From contig NMRA01000498.1 of NCBI GenBank assembly GCA_002633005.1, positions 1 to 50,092 on the forward strand: 50,092 nucleotides of DNA. Direction: 5' to 3'. The notes beneath the pieces were generated by a model. It worked only from the letters and a program-made list of their open reading frames with translations. It made no database searches and was not told where the DNA came from. Within the stretch, counting starts at the first letter, position 1. Every line of letters begins with the position of its first letter. Positions 49,576-50,092 of this stretch are shown piece after piece. This DNA comes from Phoronis australis (taxonomy: Eukaryota; Animalia; Phoronida). The translations under genes were made by a program, and so were the position numbers.

Positions 49576-50092
49576 CAGTGGCGGATCTAGGATATCACAA
49601 GGGGGGGGGGCCAAATTTTGTCCGTCTGTAAGCATTTGCGCAAACTGAACCACGATTGGGGGGAGGTCGGCCAGGAAATTTTTCTGTTTTTACCTCTAAA
49701 AATCAAGCATTTTCCTTGATTCCTGAAGTATTATTCAAAAATAAAAAAACAGTTAACGTAACCAAAGACTTGAACTTACAACCTCGCGGTTATAGAGCAC
49801 GTGCGTTACCACTACACCACCACGACTTAACTAGGAATCTCATGCTAAAAGAACTACTTGTTTATGGTCCACAGCGTTTGCGCGCGAAACCTACTTCTTT
49901 TCGTAATGCTTATTACACGTTTTATATTTTGTGCCATGAAATCTTAACAAATTTGTCGTATTTAAAATAGTCTTCAAATGCCCAAAAGACCAAATCCGTT
50001 TTTCGTGTTGGCAATAATGACGGGATTGCTTTGGAAATCGTCTAAGTTAAGGTTTGACAAAGAGAGTATTGCGAGTTTCTGAGTGATTCACT
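49576..50092. mobile_element. Left part of a probable hAT-like element (CAGTGGCGGATCTAG), right end not in window
   Basis: Terminus followed by a G-run, a common MITE layout; no partner TIR seen. Confidence 0.4.
49761..49826 (-). other. Degenerate tRNA-like/SINE-head sequence
   Basis: Minus strand has A-box-like TGGTGTAGTGGT and B-box-like GTTCAAGTC at tRNA-like spacing; stems poor. Confidence 0.35.

Overview
AT-rich eukaryotic (metazoan, marine-invertebrate-like; inferred from the TE families present) genomic DNA with two N-gaps (4640-5389, 27266-28175). I found no intact host gene, rRNA or CRISPR. The window is a nest of transposable elements. A Helentron/HINE-like complex repeat ('repeat A') carrying many co-oriented CTCF-like motifs forms a scaffold from 1 to ~40790 and is interrupted by other elements, most with readable junctions. 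These include a Penelope-like GIY-YIG 3' fragment with a hammerhead-like motif and 12-bp TSD, a solo LTR, and Ngaro/DIRS-like non-coding terminal units inserted at an AAA core. There is also a degenerate Academ element, an RTEX-like LINE fragment, a young 5'-truncated L2/CR1-group LINE, a THAP-relic element with AT TSD, several hAT/Harbinger/TA-target MITEs, and an unclassified CATAA...TTATG family present as both a 9.7-kb and a 278-bp copy. All calls were made by eye; no database searches were run.
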